This document shows positions 1 to 8,419 of a DNA stretch of 64,000 bases, one piece after another. Made by a program: the position numbers and the translations under genes. The notes below the pieces were generated by a model, which was given only the letters and a program-made list of their open reading frames with translations, was not told the DNA's origin and did not search any database. Each line of letters begins with the position of its first letter. The first letter of the stretch is position 1. The DNA is from an archaeon. Its GTDB lineage: Archaea > Nanobdellota > Nanobdellia > Woesearchaeales > UBA9642. The DNA is taken from positions 64,001 to 128,000 of the forward strand of contig JAGVGF010000001.1 in the NCBI GenBank assembly GCA_020057295.1, given 5' to 3'.

Positions 1-313
1 AAAGTTCTGGCCTCGTAAGTATTGATATTTCAATAACAATATCCTTTAATTCATCTTTACTTAATGGAGGAAATCTTGGATCATCAAAAGCTGCAGCTTT
101 ACTAGCAGCAATAATTTGCTCATATAAAGGCATTACAGGTCTAGGAAACCCTATACAGCCACGAAGTTGATTATGTTTATGTAATGTCACAAAACATCCT
201 CTAAGTTGTGTTAAATGCCCTATATTAGAAGTATCTGGATCAGTATCATTAAATGATGCTTCTAAAGTATTACGTGCTAACTTAAGAAGTAATGCTTGAT
301 CTTTTTTGTTCAT
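1..313 (-). CDS. AMMECR1-domain protein (AmmeMemoRadiSam protein A), runs off window start
   Basis: Not in ORF track; manual translation MNKKDQALLLKLARNTLE...RGCFVTLHKHNQLRGCIG...AAAFDDPRFPPL...IEISILT carries the LRGCIG and DPRF motifs. Confidence 0.9.
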   Translation of the reverse strand, partial: MNKKDQALLLKLARNTLEASFNDTDPDTSNIGHLTQLRGCFVTLHKHNQLRGCIGFPRPVMPLYEQIIAASKAAAFDDPRFPPLSKDELKDIVIEISILTRPEL

Positions 314-382
314 AAAACTATAAATATCATGTAGTTTTTATAGGTTATGAATCATGCTAAAGTAAGCACAAAAAACTAGAAT

Positions 383-658
383 TTATAATCTTATCTTCTT
401 AAAATCTTCCAAGAAAGACTCATTCTTCTTCTCTAATCTTTTAACAGCATCAAGTAAAGCCTTTTCAGGATCCTTATCATCAGTCTCGACAATAAATCTT
501 GGCACACCAATTAATGGATGTTCAACATTGTATGCTGAAACTTTTACAGCCTTATCGTTCCATAATTCCTTCTTTAAAGCTCCAGAAAATGTATGATCTG
601 CACCAACTATATCAAATATTATCTTCTTTTTACCTTTCTCAATAACCTTTAATTCCAT
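383..658 (-). CDS. rpoL: DNA-directed RNA polymerase subunit L (Rpo11)
   Basis: DHTF..L..EL, AY.VEHPL motifs; start moved to ATG 658, TATA-like tttataaa at 681-688. Confidence 0.92.
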   Translation of the reverse strand: MELKVIEKGKKKIIFDIVGADHTFSGALKKELWNDKAVKVSAYNVEHPLIGVPRFIVETDDKDPEKALLDAVKRLEKKNESFLEDFKKIRL

Positions 659-691
659 AATTATGAGGAAATAGGGTTTATTTATAAATGT

Positions 692-783
692 TTTGAAACT
701 CCGTCGACAGAGTTTCAAAGCCCAAAAATGCATGCATTTTTTATGTTTTCTTGAAGAAAACAGTTTCGAACAAAGTGAGAAAA
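692..783. repeat. Multi-hairpin intergenic element; REP-like, partial second copy at 9211-9250
   Basis: tttgaaactc-c-gtcgac-a-gagtttcaaa (692-719), aaaaatgcatgcattttt, tgttttc/gaaaaca hairpin then aaacagtttcgaacaaagtgagaaaa. Confidence 0.55.
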
Positions 784-853
784 TCTTACTATGAATGATT
801 TTAAATGATAATCTTTAAAAAGAATATTAAAATCCTATTATTTGGGGGATTAA

Positions 854-1372
854 ATGTTCGACGATAAAAAATTGCGTGAAGCATTTGAAAAAATTAAAGA
901 AGAACGTGATGAACATTTAGAGAGTATTAACGAATTAACAACAGAGTTACAATCAGCATTTGAATACATTTCTGGCCTCGAAAATAAGTACGAAAAGATT
1001 AAAGAAATTACTGATGAACTACAAATGTTCAAAAATAGTCTTCTATTAAACGACAAGTCTCACTTTTCAAATATTATATTAAGCTTGGATGAGCAGAAAT
1101 TGTTCTTAACACTATATGTTTTTGGGGAAAAAGAACCATTACAATATAAGTTTTTAACAAAGAAACTAGCTTTAGAAACAGATACAATAAAGATGTTATT
1201 ATCCTCTTTATTAGATAAAAAGATACCTATAACTAGAGAGAAGATAGGTTCAGAATGGCATTTTAATATAGATCCACGTTTCAGGGAGTTACAAACCAAA
1301 GAAAACCTTATAAAAATTCATGAATCTGTATCCAAAGGCATATATGAGAAGAGTTTGAAAAATTTCTTTTAA
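854..1372 (+). CDS. Hypothetical protein: N-terminal coiled coil, winged-helix-like C-terminal half, PIP-box-like tail
   Basis: RBS gggggat upstream; heptad N-terminus; LSLDEQKLFLTLY...L..K.IPI.R wHTH-like pattern; ends EKSLKNFF. Confidence 0.7.
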   Translation: MFDDKKLREAFEKIKEERDEHLESINELTTELQSAFEYISGLENKYEKIKEITDELQMFKNSLLLNDKSHFSNIILSLDEQKLFLTLYVFGEKEPLQYKFLTKKLALETDTIKMLLSSLLDKKIPITREKIGSEWHFNIDPRFRELQTKENLIKIHESVSKGIYEKSLKNFF

Positions 1373-1632
1373 ACACACTATTTTATGATGTCTCTATTTT
1401 TTTGTTTATATTCTCTTAATACTTTATAAAAAATAACTTATTATTTCTGATTAAAAGTTTTAGCTACTATCACTCACTTTATGTTTTATGTTTGTGCTTA
1501 ACAGTATAATTTTATTATATTTTATGCTCTATATTCGAAAAATATTATTTATTAGATTTTACTAAATTTTTCATGAATTTTTTTATAAAATTTTGTTTGA
1601 AATTTTTTCCTTAATTTAGTATATTGGATTAT

Positions 1633-1760
1633 CAATATATAGTATAAACAATATATTGTATTAGCAATAAATACAAAAAATTGAAAATAATTTACTTATT
1701 TATTTTATCGTCGATAAAAATCTTAAATAACAAAATATATAAATATGTCAATATATTGTA
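1633..1760. promoter_or_regulatory. Candidate operator sites upstream of PadR gene
   Basis: caatatattgta at 1649-1660 and 1749-1760, variant caatatatagta at 1633-1644; 17-bp palindrome ttttatcg-t-cgataaaa at 1703-1719. Confidence 0.45.
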
Positions 1761-1764
1761 AATT

Positions 1765-2100
1765 GTGAAAAAACAAAAAAATAACTCAAAAAAGTTAATA
1801 CCAAAATATATTGAATTAAAGGGTTTTCTAAGTTTTTTTATACTTCATGAACTCGACGATAGGCCTTCTTCTGGCGATGAACTTGCATTAGCTATCGGTG
1901 AGCGTAGAAACACTGTTTTAACACCTGGAACAATCTATCCAGCTTTGAAGCGTTTACGTCGACAAAAACTGATATTTTATCGTAGAAATGGCAGAAAAAA
2001 AGTATATGTTTTAACTGATCTTGGTAAAAAAGAGCTTAAAGCGCTATATGTTGTTTTTGCTGATTTTTTTAGTGGATTAAAAACAAAAATAAAGCGATAA
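1765..2100 (+). CDS. PadR-family transcriptional regulator
   Basis: KGFL...IL..L, PGTIYPALKRL, Y.LT..G...L motifs. Confidence 0.9.
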   Translation: MKKQKNNSKKLIPKYIELKGFLSFFILHELDDRPSSGDELALAIGERRNTVLTPGTIYPALKRLRRQKLIFYRRNGRKKVYVLTDLGKKELKALYVVFADFFSGLKTKIKR

Positions 2101-2309
2101 ATTTTAGTTATTGATTAAATCCTTTAGTTTTTTGTTTTATTTATATTTGATTATATGTTTTAATCGAAAATTAAATATTTTGTGTTTAATTTTATGTTTT
2201 TTGATTAAATATTTTAATTAAAGATTAATATCTTTAGAATTAATTTTGTTATATTTGTGCTATTATATTTTAATCAAAAATTAAAAAATATAAGAAAAGT
2301 TATATTTAT

Positions 2310-2798
2310 TTATCTATGTTGTCTTAAATGACGTGGTGTTCCATATACTTGAGATTGTCTCATATAAGGATTAAAGTTATTATGTCTGTGTTGTCTAAAA
2401 CCTGCATTTCCTATGTTTATTCCTGCTGAAACATTGCCAAATCCGTCAGCATAAAAATATCCGCCGTCTCTGTGAATTAATCCTCTGCCTTGATAGAATG
2501 GACTTCCGCTAATGAATTCAACGTCGATCATTGGTACAGGAACGTATCTTACTATTGTTTCCTGGACTGGTTTGTCTATTGATTCTGTAGTTACTTTTGG
2601 TTGTGGTGCTGGTGTTGCTTGTATTTGTTTTGGATTACTTACATAATTGTTAATTGTAATATTAATAGGTTGAGTTACTGGTTGATTATGCGGTATAGAA
2701 TGATAATGTGGTCTACAACTAAATAGTGCAAATGCTAATAAACCTGCTCCACAAACTGCAGCTCCTGCAAAACCGTATTTTATAGCTTGATCATCCAT
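2310..2798 (-). CDS. Hypothetical N-terminally anchored Pro/Gln-rich protein
   Basis: Hydrophobic N-terminus ending in FSC, Pro-rich linker; start set at MDDQAIK. Confidence 0.55.
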   Translation of the reverse strand: MDDQAIKYGFAGAAVCGAGLLAFALFSCRPHYHSIPHNQPVTQPINITINNYVSNPKQIQATPAPQPKVTTESIDKPVQETIVRYVPVPMIDVEFISGSPFYQGRGLIHRDGGYFYADGFGNVSAGINIGNAGFRQHRHNNFNPYMRQSQVYGTPRHLRQHR

Positions 2799-3023
2799 AA
2801 TTATTCCCTCTATAAGTATATAAAGCATAACTAGTATTTAAATTTTACGATTTTATAGTGACAACACTATTTTTATTGTTTAATATGTTGTGATTAAATT
2901 ATTTAATCAAATCTAGAAATATTTATCTTGCTTTGTTAATATTTATCTGCTTAAATTATTTAGTTTTTTATTAAATTATTTATTCTTATTTTTTGTTGTT
3001 TTAACTGTTATTTTGCTATTATT

Positions 3024-3056
3024 CGAAAAATTTATATACTTAGGGTTCCCTAAGTA
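3024..3056 (+). promoter_or_regulatory. BRE/TATA promoter of recombinase overlapped by perfect 9-2-9 inverted repeat
   Basis: cgaaaaa-tttatata (3024-3038); tacttaggg-tt-ccctaagta (3037-3056); RBS aaggtga before ATG 3094. Confidence 0.7.
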
Positions 3057-3093
3057 AACAAAATACTTGTTTTATCAGTAGCAAAGGTGAGTT

Positions 3094-4323
3094 ATGGCAC
3101 GAAAATCTGTTGTAATTTCTCAAGGTATGGGCCGAAAACCAAAAGCTGCGATTTATATTAGAGTTAGTACTGCCGAACAAGCTAAAGAAGGATATAGTTT
3201 GGGGGCTCAAGAAGAATCATTAACAGGATATGTTAAAAATATGAATTATGATATTTACAAGATCTATAAAGATGAAGGAAAATCTGCTAAAGATATGAAA
3301 CATAGGCCAGCATTGCAACAATTGCTTAAAGATGCTGAAAATAAACAGTTTAATGCAGTAATAGTATATAAGCTTGATAGATTTAGTAGAAGCTTAAAAG
3401 ATTTAATCTTAACTATTGAGAAACTTAAAGACATTGGAATAGATTTTATTTCATTACAAGACAAGATAGAAACGGCAAGTGCGGCTGGTAAATTAATGTT
3501 TCACATAATTTCATCATTCGCAGAATTCGAGCGAGACATAATCAGTGAAAGAACAAAATTTGGAATGTCAGAAAAAGCACGTGAAGGCGGCACAGTAACT
3601 AAAGCAGCATATGGCTATAAAATTGTTGATGGCAATATCATATCAGATCCTGAAAAGTGTGATAAACTGAGAGAAATATTCGAGACATACCTAAATAATA
3701 ATATAAGTCTAAGTAAATTGGCAATAAAATACGATTTAACAACAAAAGGATTAATCAGTATATTAAAAAATCGTACATACATTGGAGAATTACGTTTTAA
3801 CGACATATATTCTAAAGGACAACATGATTCAATACTATCAAAAGAGTTATTCGATAGTGTACAATTGAAGCTAGATTCAACACTTTATCATAGAGAGAAT
3901 ATTAAATATAGCAATTTACTACAAAAACTTTCCAAAAAAACGTTACAAAAGGAATATATGGAAAAATTTACCTCTTTATTATCAAAAAAGATTATAAGCA
4001 TGAACGTAGTTGACATATCCGTAGATTCTGATGAAGATTTATCCAAGTTTTCAGAACCAAAAAAATTAAAATGCGCTGGACAAAAATATTTATTAGATCA
4101 AGGATTTAATAGTAAAGATATATCATTTGATAGAGTTTTTATCAATGCTGATAAAGCAGATATATGCGGTATAAACGGCAATCATAAGACTTATTTATAT
4201 CACAATACGGAAAGTTTAAATGATTTTTTAAGGTATATTTCCGAACATATCATTGTAGGTTTTTTACAAGAAAGTGAGGATAAGATAATGCTTTACACTT
4301 TTAGAAAAGAACTAGAATTCTAA
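3094..4323 (+). CDS. Large serine recombinase (resolvase + recombinase domains, C-terminal extension)
   Basis: YIRVST catalytic Ser, RPALQ, KLDRFSR, AEFERDIISERT, YGY, IL.NRTYIG, H..I.S.ELF..VQ motifs. Confidence 0.93.
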   Translation: MARKSVVISQGMGRKPKAAIYIRVSTAEQAKEGYSLGAQEESLTGYVKNMNYDIYKIYKDEGKSAKDMKHRPALQQLLKDAENKQFNAVIVYKLDRFSRSLKDLILTIEKLKDIGIDFISLQDKIETASAAGKLMFHIISSFAEFERDIISERTKFGMSEKAREGGTVTKAAYGYKIVDGNIISDPEKCDKLREIFETYLNNNISLSKLAIKYDLTTKGLISILKNRTYIGELRFNDIYSKGQHDSILSKELFDSVQLKLDSTLYHRENIKYSNLLQKLSKKTLQKEYMEKFTSLLSKKIISMNVVDISVDSDEDLSKFSEPKKLKCAGQKYLLDQGFNSKDISFDRVFINADKADICGINGNHKTYLYHNTESLNDFLRYISEHIIVGFLQESEDKIMLYTFRKELEF

Positions 4324-4991
4324 CCTTGTGGCAATAATAAGCCTAATTTGTTAAAAATAGCTTTAGGTGTTCTTTTGTTTGTACCGGACATTTTACCAAT
4401 CCATGTTTCGAGTGCATCCCTATTTTTTAAGAATTGTTGAGACATCGCCGCGCGATCTTTACATCCTTCAAGCGTCATTAACAATTCGTAATAATACTCA
4501 TATTTTATACCTAATTGTGATATATCTTCACCCACACCCTTAATTTTACGATCTTTATCATTAAGTAGTTTACCTGCTTCATCAATAACTTTTAATCCAT
4601 TAATTTGATTAGCAGTAACCAGTTTAACTATGTTATTAAGTATAGTATTTTTAGGATGTTTTTGCATATATTTTACAGTTTCTAAACGTAATTTTTCACC
4701 AGAAGACTTAAACTCTTTAACTATAGTACCAAGTACATTTTGTAGTTCATTATCAGAACCTACACTAGGAGTAACATATATCAATTCTGGTAATTCCTTA
4801 ATTTTTTCAATACCCTTATTCTTTAATTCATCCATTAAAACTGAAAATCTACCTTTAAACTTTTCATCTTTAGTTTTTGATAATGATAATTCTACATTCT
4901 TTAACATCTTAATCTTACATTCTTCTAATGTCTTAGTGCGTAAGTTATTAATATCTTTCAAAGTTTCTTTTATAGTTTTTGTGTTAGCCAT
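4320..4991 (-). CDS. Hypothetical alpha-helical protein, last gene of 4-gene operon
   Basis: ATG 4 nt after previous stop; Lys/Leu/Glu-rich, no TM. Confidence 0.65.
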   Translation of the reverse strand: MANTKTIKETLKDINNLRTKTLEECKIKMLKNVELSLSKTKDEKFKGRFSVLMDELKNKGIEKIKELPELIYVTPSVGSDNELQNVLGTIVKEFKSSGEKLRLETVKYMQKHPKNTILNNIVKLVTANQINGLKVIDEAGKLLNDKDRKIKGVGEDISQLGIKYEYYYELLMTLEGCKDRAAMSQQFLKNRDALETWIGKMSGTNKRTPKAIFNKLGLLLPQG

Positions 4992-4995
4992 TTTA

Positions 4996-6408
4996 TTATT
5001 GCCTGAACGGATTGTTTGGTAGTGGAGCATTGTTATTATTATATGCTGCTCCAAATTGTTGATAATATATCATGAATGCATTACACATAAATGCAAATCT
5101 TTGGAATGCTATATAAATTACTTCTAAGTCTTGAGCTGTCAGGTTAGGATATGTTGGATCATTAAACAAATTATTCATACCTTGATTAAAATCTGCAATA
5201 CCATTAATTAATCTATCATGCAAGTCATGTAAAGCAGTCCACATTTGAGGATCTTCAACCCTGTTTTGTACTTGTCCACGATGTAATTGTACTAATAATC
5301 TAGATAAATCAGCATATTCTGAAGCCCTGGCTTGTAAAATTGTTAATAATCTGTTTAATGCTTCAATTCTATTATTAGCAGCTTGAGGTGCATCAATAAA
5401 AAATAGTAAGTTGGCACGGACTAAAACAGTGTCAGTATTTGGTTGATAAGCAGTTATTTCTATCATGTAACCACCAGTATTGACAAGATTATTGAACGGT
5501 GCGTAATTAATTGTTTGTCCATTAACATTTCTAACTCTACCGCTATGATCTTGATTATTTAATCTAACATTATAATCAAAATTTGCGGCAAATCCTTGAC
5601 CAGCAACATTAAAACTTACAGGAATATTAGTTCTAGGAAGATGATGTGAATAAGCTTGAGGACTAGTAATAGTTAATGTGTTATTATTATTTGTACCAAC
5701 TCCTGTACCACCAAGATTTCCTTGTGGTCCAACAGGTCCAAGATTGCCTGCAGGTCCTACTTGTCCTGCCGCTCCCTGAGGTCCTTGTGGTCCGGTAGGG
5801 CCAGTTGTTGATCCAGTTCCAGCACCACCAAATAATTTAAACATTTGAATAAGTAAATATATGAATGCAGTTATAGCGGCTAAAGCTAATACTCCGGATA
5901 ATAAAGGAACATTTTGGTCTATCCATTGATATAATCTACCAAAAGGTACAACCATTAAACCGTAAATTATGAGATATGTTAACGATGCACTAACATTCTT
6001 AGCATTATCGCCAGTAAATAACCCGAGCAATAAATTATATAGTAACATGGCCAGTATTAATAAAAATACTATTAAAGCTATAGGTTCAAGTTTTCCTAGA
6101 TAGAAACTAGTATATGTTTCAAGCATAACCATTGAAAATGTTAATGCTAAAGCTACAGCAACGGCAATAGTTTTTGCCTCTTTTTTATTATTTGCAAAAG
6201 CCTTTAAGAATGCAATTTGTCCTATACTTAAGAATAGTAAGAAATATATTATTGCATCAATAAATTCATAAAATCGCATGTAAAATCCTGCTATATCTAA
6301 TCCACTAAATGGATGAAGAATAGAAATTAGATCAAAAGTTAAAGCGTACGCAGAACTACTTAAGATCAAAATCGAAAATATATATAATGATAACTTGCGA
6401 ATATTCAT
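4996..6408 (-). CDS. Signal peptide + 5-TM membrane protein with collagen-like repeat, Ig-like and helical domains
   Basis: SSSAYA cleavage motif, five hydrophobic segments, 12 Gly-X-Y triplets, LTITSP...YMIEITAY Ig-like strand pattern. Confidence 0.75.
   Translation of the reverse strand: MNIRKLSLYIFSILILSSSAYALTFDLISILHPFSGLDIAGFYMRFYEFIDAIIYFLLFLSIGQIAFLKAFANNKKEAKTIAVAVALALTFSMVMLETYTSFYLGKLEPIALIVFLLILAMLLYNLLLGLFTGDNAKNVSASLTYLIIYGLMVVPFGRLYQWIDQNVPLLSGVLALAAITAFIYLLIQMFKLFGGAGTGSTTGPTGPQGPQGAAGQVGPAGNLGPVGPQGNLGGTGVGTNNNNTLTITSPQAYSHHLPRTNIPVSFNVAGQGFAANFDYNVRLNNQDHSGRVRNVNGQTINYAPFNNLVNTGGYMIEITAYQPNTDTVLVRANLLFFIDAPQAANNRIEALNRLLTILQARASEYADLSRLLVQLHRGQVQNRVEDPQMWTALHDLHDRLINGIADFNQGMNNLFNDPTYPNLTAQDLEVIYIAFQRFAFMCNAFMIYYQQFGAAYNNNNAPLPNNPFRQ
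5695..5802 (-). repeat. Collagen-like (Gly-X-Y)12 coding repeat
   Basis: GPT GPQ GPQ GAA GQV GPA GNL GPV GPQ GNL GGT GVG; locally GC-rich. Confidence 0.85.
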
Positions 6409-6417
6409 ATTACTTGT

Positions 6418-8373
6418 TTATGGTTTCTTTTTACGAGCGTTTTTTATGACTAATTCTTGACGTTTCTGTATAGCATTAACTAAATCACTAGCAAATTTAG
6501 TTAATAGTTTTTGGTTGTTTTGATTGATTTTAGTAATCTTAGTTTTTCTATCAACTGTGCTAAAATTCTTGATAAATTTATTAGCAGCTTTTATGAATTC
6601 CAATAATTCAATTCTTGTCTTATTAGTTTTCTTTGGTATTTGTGTAATAATTATACTTTCTTCCGCACCTACTGCAGCAACAAATGGATTAAGATTTATC
6701 GTTGCAGGATCAATGTTAGGATCCATAATAAGCTTTTTAGCTACATTGTTCATTAAATTATTAGCTACTTCGTCAAACAATTTATCTTCAGCAGCATACA
6801 ATTTGAATATTTCATCTTCTATTTTATCTATGAATGCTGGATACTTCTTAACTAAATCTGTTTCCGTTGTTAATAACTCTTTAACTCTTTCGCGTTTTCT
6901 AGTTAGCATTATAGCATTACTAGTTTCGATAGCTACTATCTCTTGAGTTCTACCTCTAATTTTTTTCAGATATTTTTCCACTTCGGATAATGTCTGATCT
7001 CTAATAAGAGAGAATTTTATAGGATTTATAGTTTTTTTTGCGACATCAACCATACTGATGTTTGTTAATGGATCAGTAGTTAGTAGATTTACAATTTTAT
7101 TGATGTCTTTAAGATTTTCATTATCAACATCTTGCATACGTTTAGTTTGGTCTATTATAGTTTTCTCGCTATCCTTTACAATAATATCTTCCTGTAATTC
7201 TAAGTTAACTTCTTTATTTAAATTGTTAAAATCTGCTAGCAATGTAGGATATATTGGTGTACCCTTAAGTTCATCTATATCCTCTTGAATATCTTTTATT
7301 ATTGCGTTATTTTCATTGAATAATTTTTCAACATCTTCTTTGAATTCTTTATCTATTGTAGATAGCGTAGTATCGGTATCTTTTTTACATTTCTCAATAG
7401 ATTTTTGTAAATTTAGAACTGTATCTTTTAATTTAGTTGTATAATTTCGTAATGTGTCAGAATAAGTTTGTAATTGTGACTGATATTGTGCATATGCTGG
7501 ATTAGATGTGTTATTATGTATTTGTTGAATTGCCTTCTGTAACTTCCAAGCGTTTTGCAATGAAATTTCTAGTTGTTGTAATAGTTTAACTTGTTCATCT
7601 CGGCTTAATTTATCATTACTCTCAAATCTTTCTTCTAAATTTTCCAAGTTCTGAATTTTACCTTCTAGCTGTTGCACATCATAATCTAAACTGTTAACTT
7701 TGTTTGCAAACTTTTGTTCTTTCTCTAATTGTTTTCTTCTACGTTTCTCTTCGCTACGTTCATTATTTTCTGCTCTTCCTAATTGTGTACTTCCGCTCCT
7801 GAAACCTTTGAATATTGCGCCTATGCCTATTATTAGTCCGATTAGCGCGATGATGAAACATGCATTCCATATTCCAGAAAGGAGTGATTGACTTTCAATG
7901 TATTCTTTTAATTTTGGAGCCATCCAAGTCACAAGTATATACATTGTAATAAATCCTACTGAGAATGCTGCAAGTTTACTTCCACCAAGATTTTTAGTCC
8001 ACGTATATACGCCAATACCGAATATTAAGAAGAATATTAATGCTGCAAATGGTGCTAACATTCCAAGATTGAATCCTGATTGTCTCTCAAATATTGCCAT
8101 TCCAATACCGAGTATTACTCCGATGATTATAGGTATGGTCTTATGTTCTTTGAATTTTTCACCAAGTGCACTATTGGCTACACCGATAAATAGTATAAAA
8201 TATAATACTGCATCAATGAATGGTGCATATCTAAAATATGTTTGAGCAATATCTACATTTTTAGCTATAGGTTCGAGAATTTTATCTAATAAATTTGTTG
8301 CACCGAAAACGAGAGGTATAGAGAATAATACTATTAGTGCCATTATTGGCAGTACACGAAAATTTTTACGCAT
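6418..8373 (-). CDS. Signal peptide + 5-TM membrane protein with long coiled-coil C-terminus; paralog of 4996-6408
   Basis: DIAQTYFRYAPFIDAVLYFILF vs DIAGFYMRFYEFIDAIIYFLLF; FNLGMLAP vs FYLGKLEP; LLSG in both; RBS gaggtgga. Confidence 0.78.
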   Translation of the reverse strand: MRKNFRVLPIMALIVLFSIPLVFGATNLLDKILEPIAKNVDIAQTYFRYAPFIDAVLYFILFIGVANSALGEKFKEHKTIPIIIGVILGIGMAIFERQSGFNLGMLAPFAALIFFLIFGIGVYTWTKNLGGSKLAAFSVGFITMYILVTWMAPKLKEYIESQSLLSGIWNACFIIALIGLIIGIGAIFKGFRSGSTQLGRAENNERSEEKRRRKQLEKEQKFANKVNSLDYDVQQLEGKIQNLENLEERFESNDKLSRDEQVKLLQQLEISLQNAWKLQKAIQQIHNNTSNPAYAQYQSQLQTYSDTLRNYTTKLKDTVLNLQKSIEKCKKDTDTTLSTIDKEFKEDVEKLFNENNAIIKDIQEDIDELKGTPIYPTLLADFNNLNKEVNLELQEDIIVKDSEKTIIDQTKRMQDVDNENLKDINKIVNLLTTDPLTNISMVDVAKKTINPIKFSLIRDQTLSEVEKYLKKIRGRTQEIVAIETSNAIMLTRKRERVKELLTTETDLVKKYPAFIDKIEDEIFKLYAAEDKLFDEVANNLMNNVAKKLIMDPNIDPATINLNPFVAAVGAEESIIITQIPKKTNKTRIELLEFIKAANKFIKNFSTVDRKTKITKINQNNQKLLTKFASDLVNAIQKRQELVIKNARKKKP

Positions 8374-8419
8374 TCAACTCCACCTCGACATTTCAATCTA
8401 TTTTTAAAACTTAAAAAAA

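Noticed and set aside
1373-3093. Possible CRISPR array or canonical XerA dif/ORB in the AT-rich spacers
   Set aside because: No regularly spaced 25-40-bp repeats, no cas genes, no convincing dif (11-6-11) or ORB G-string match
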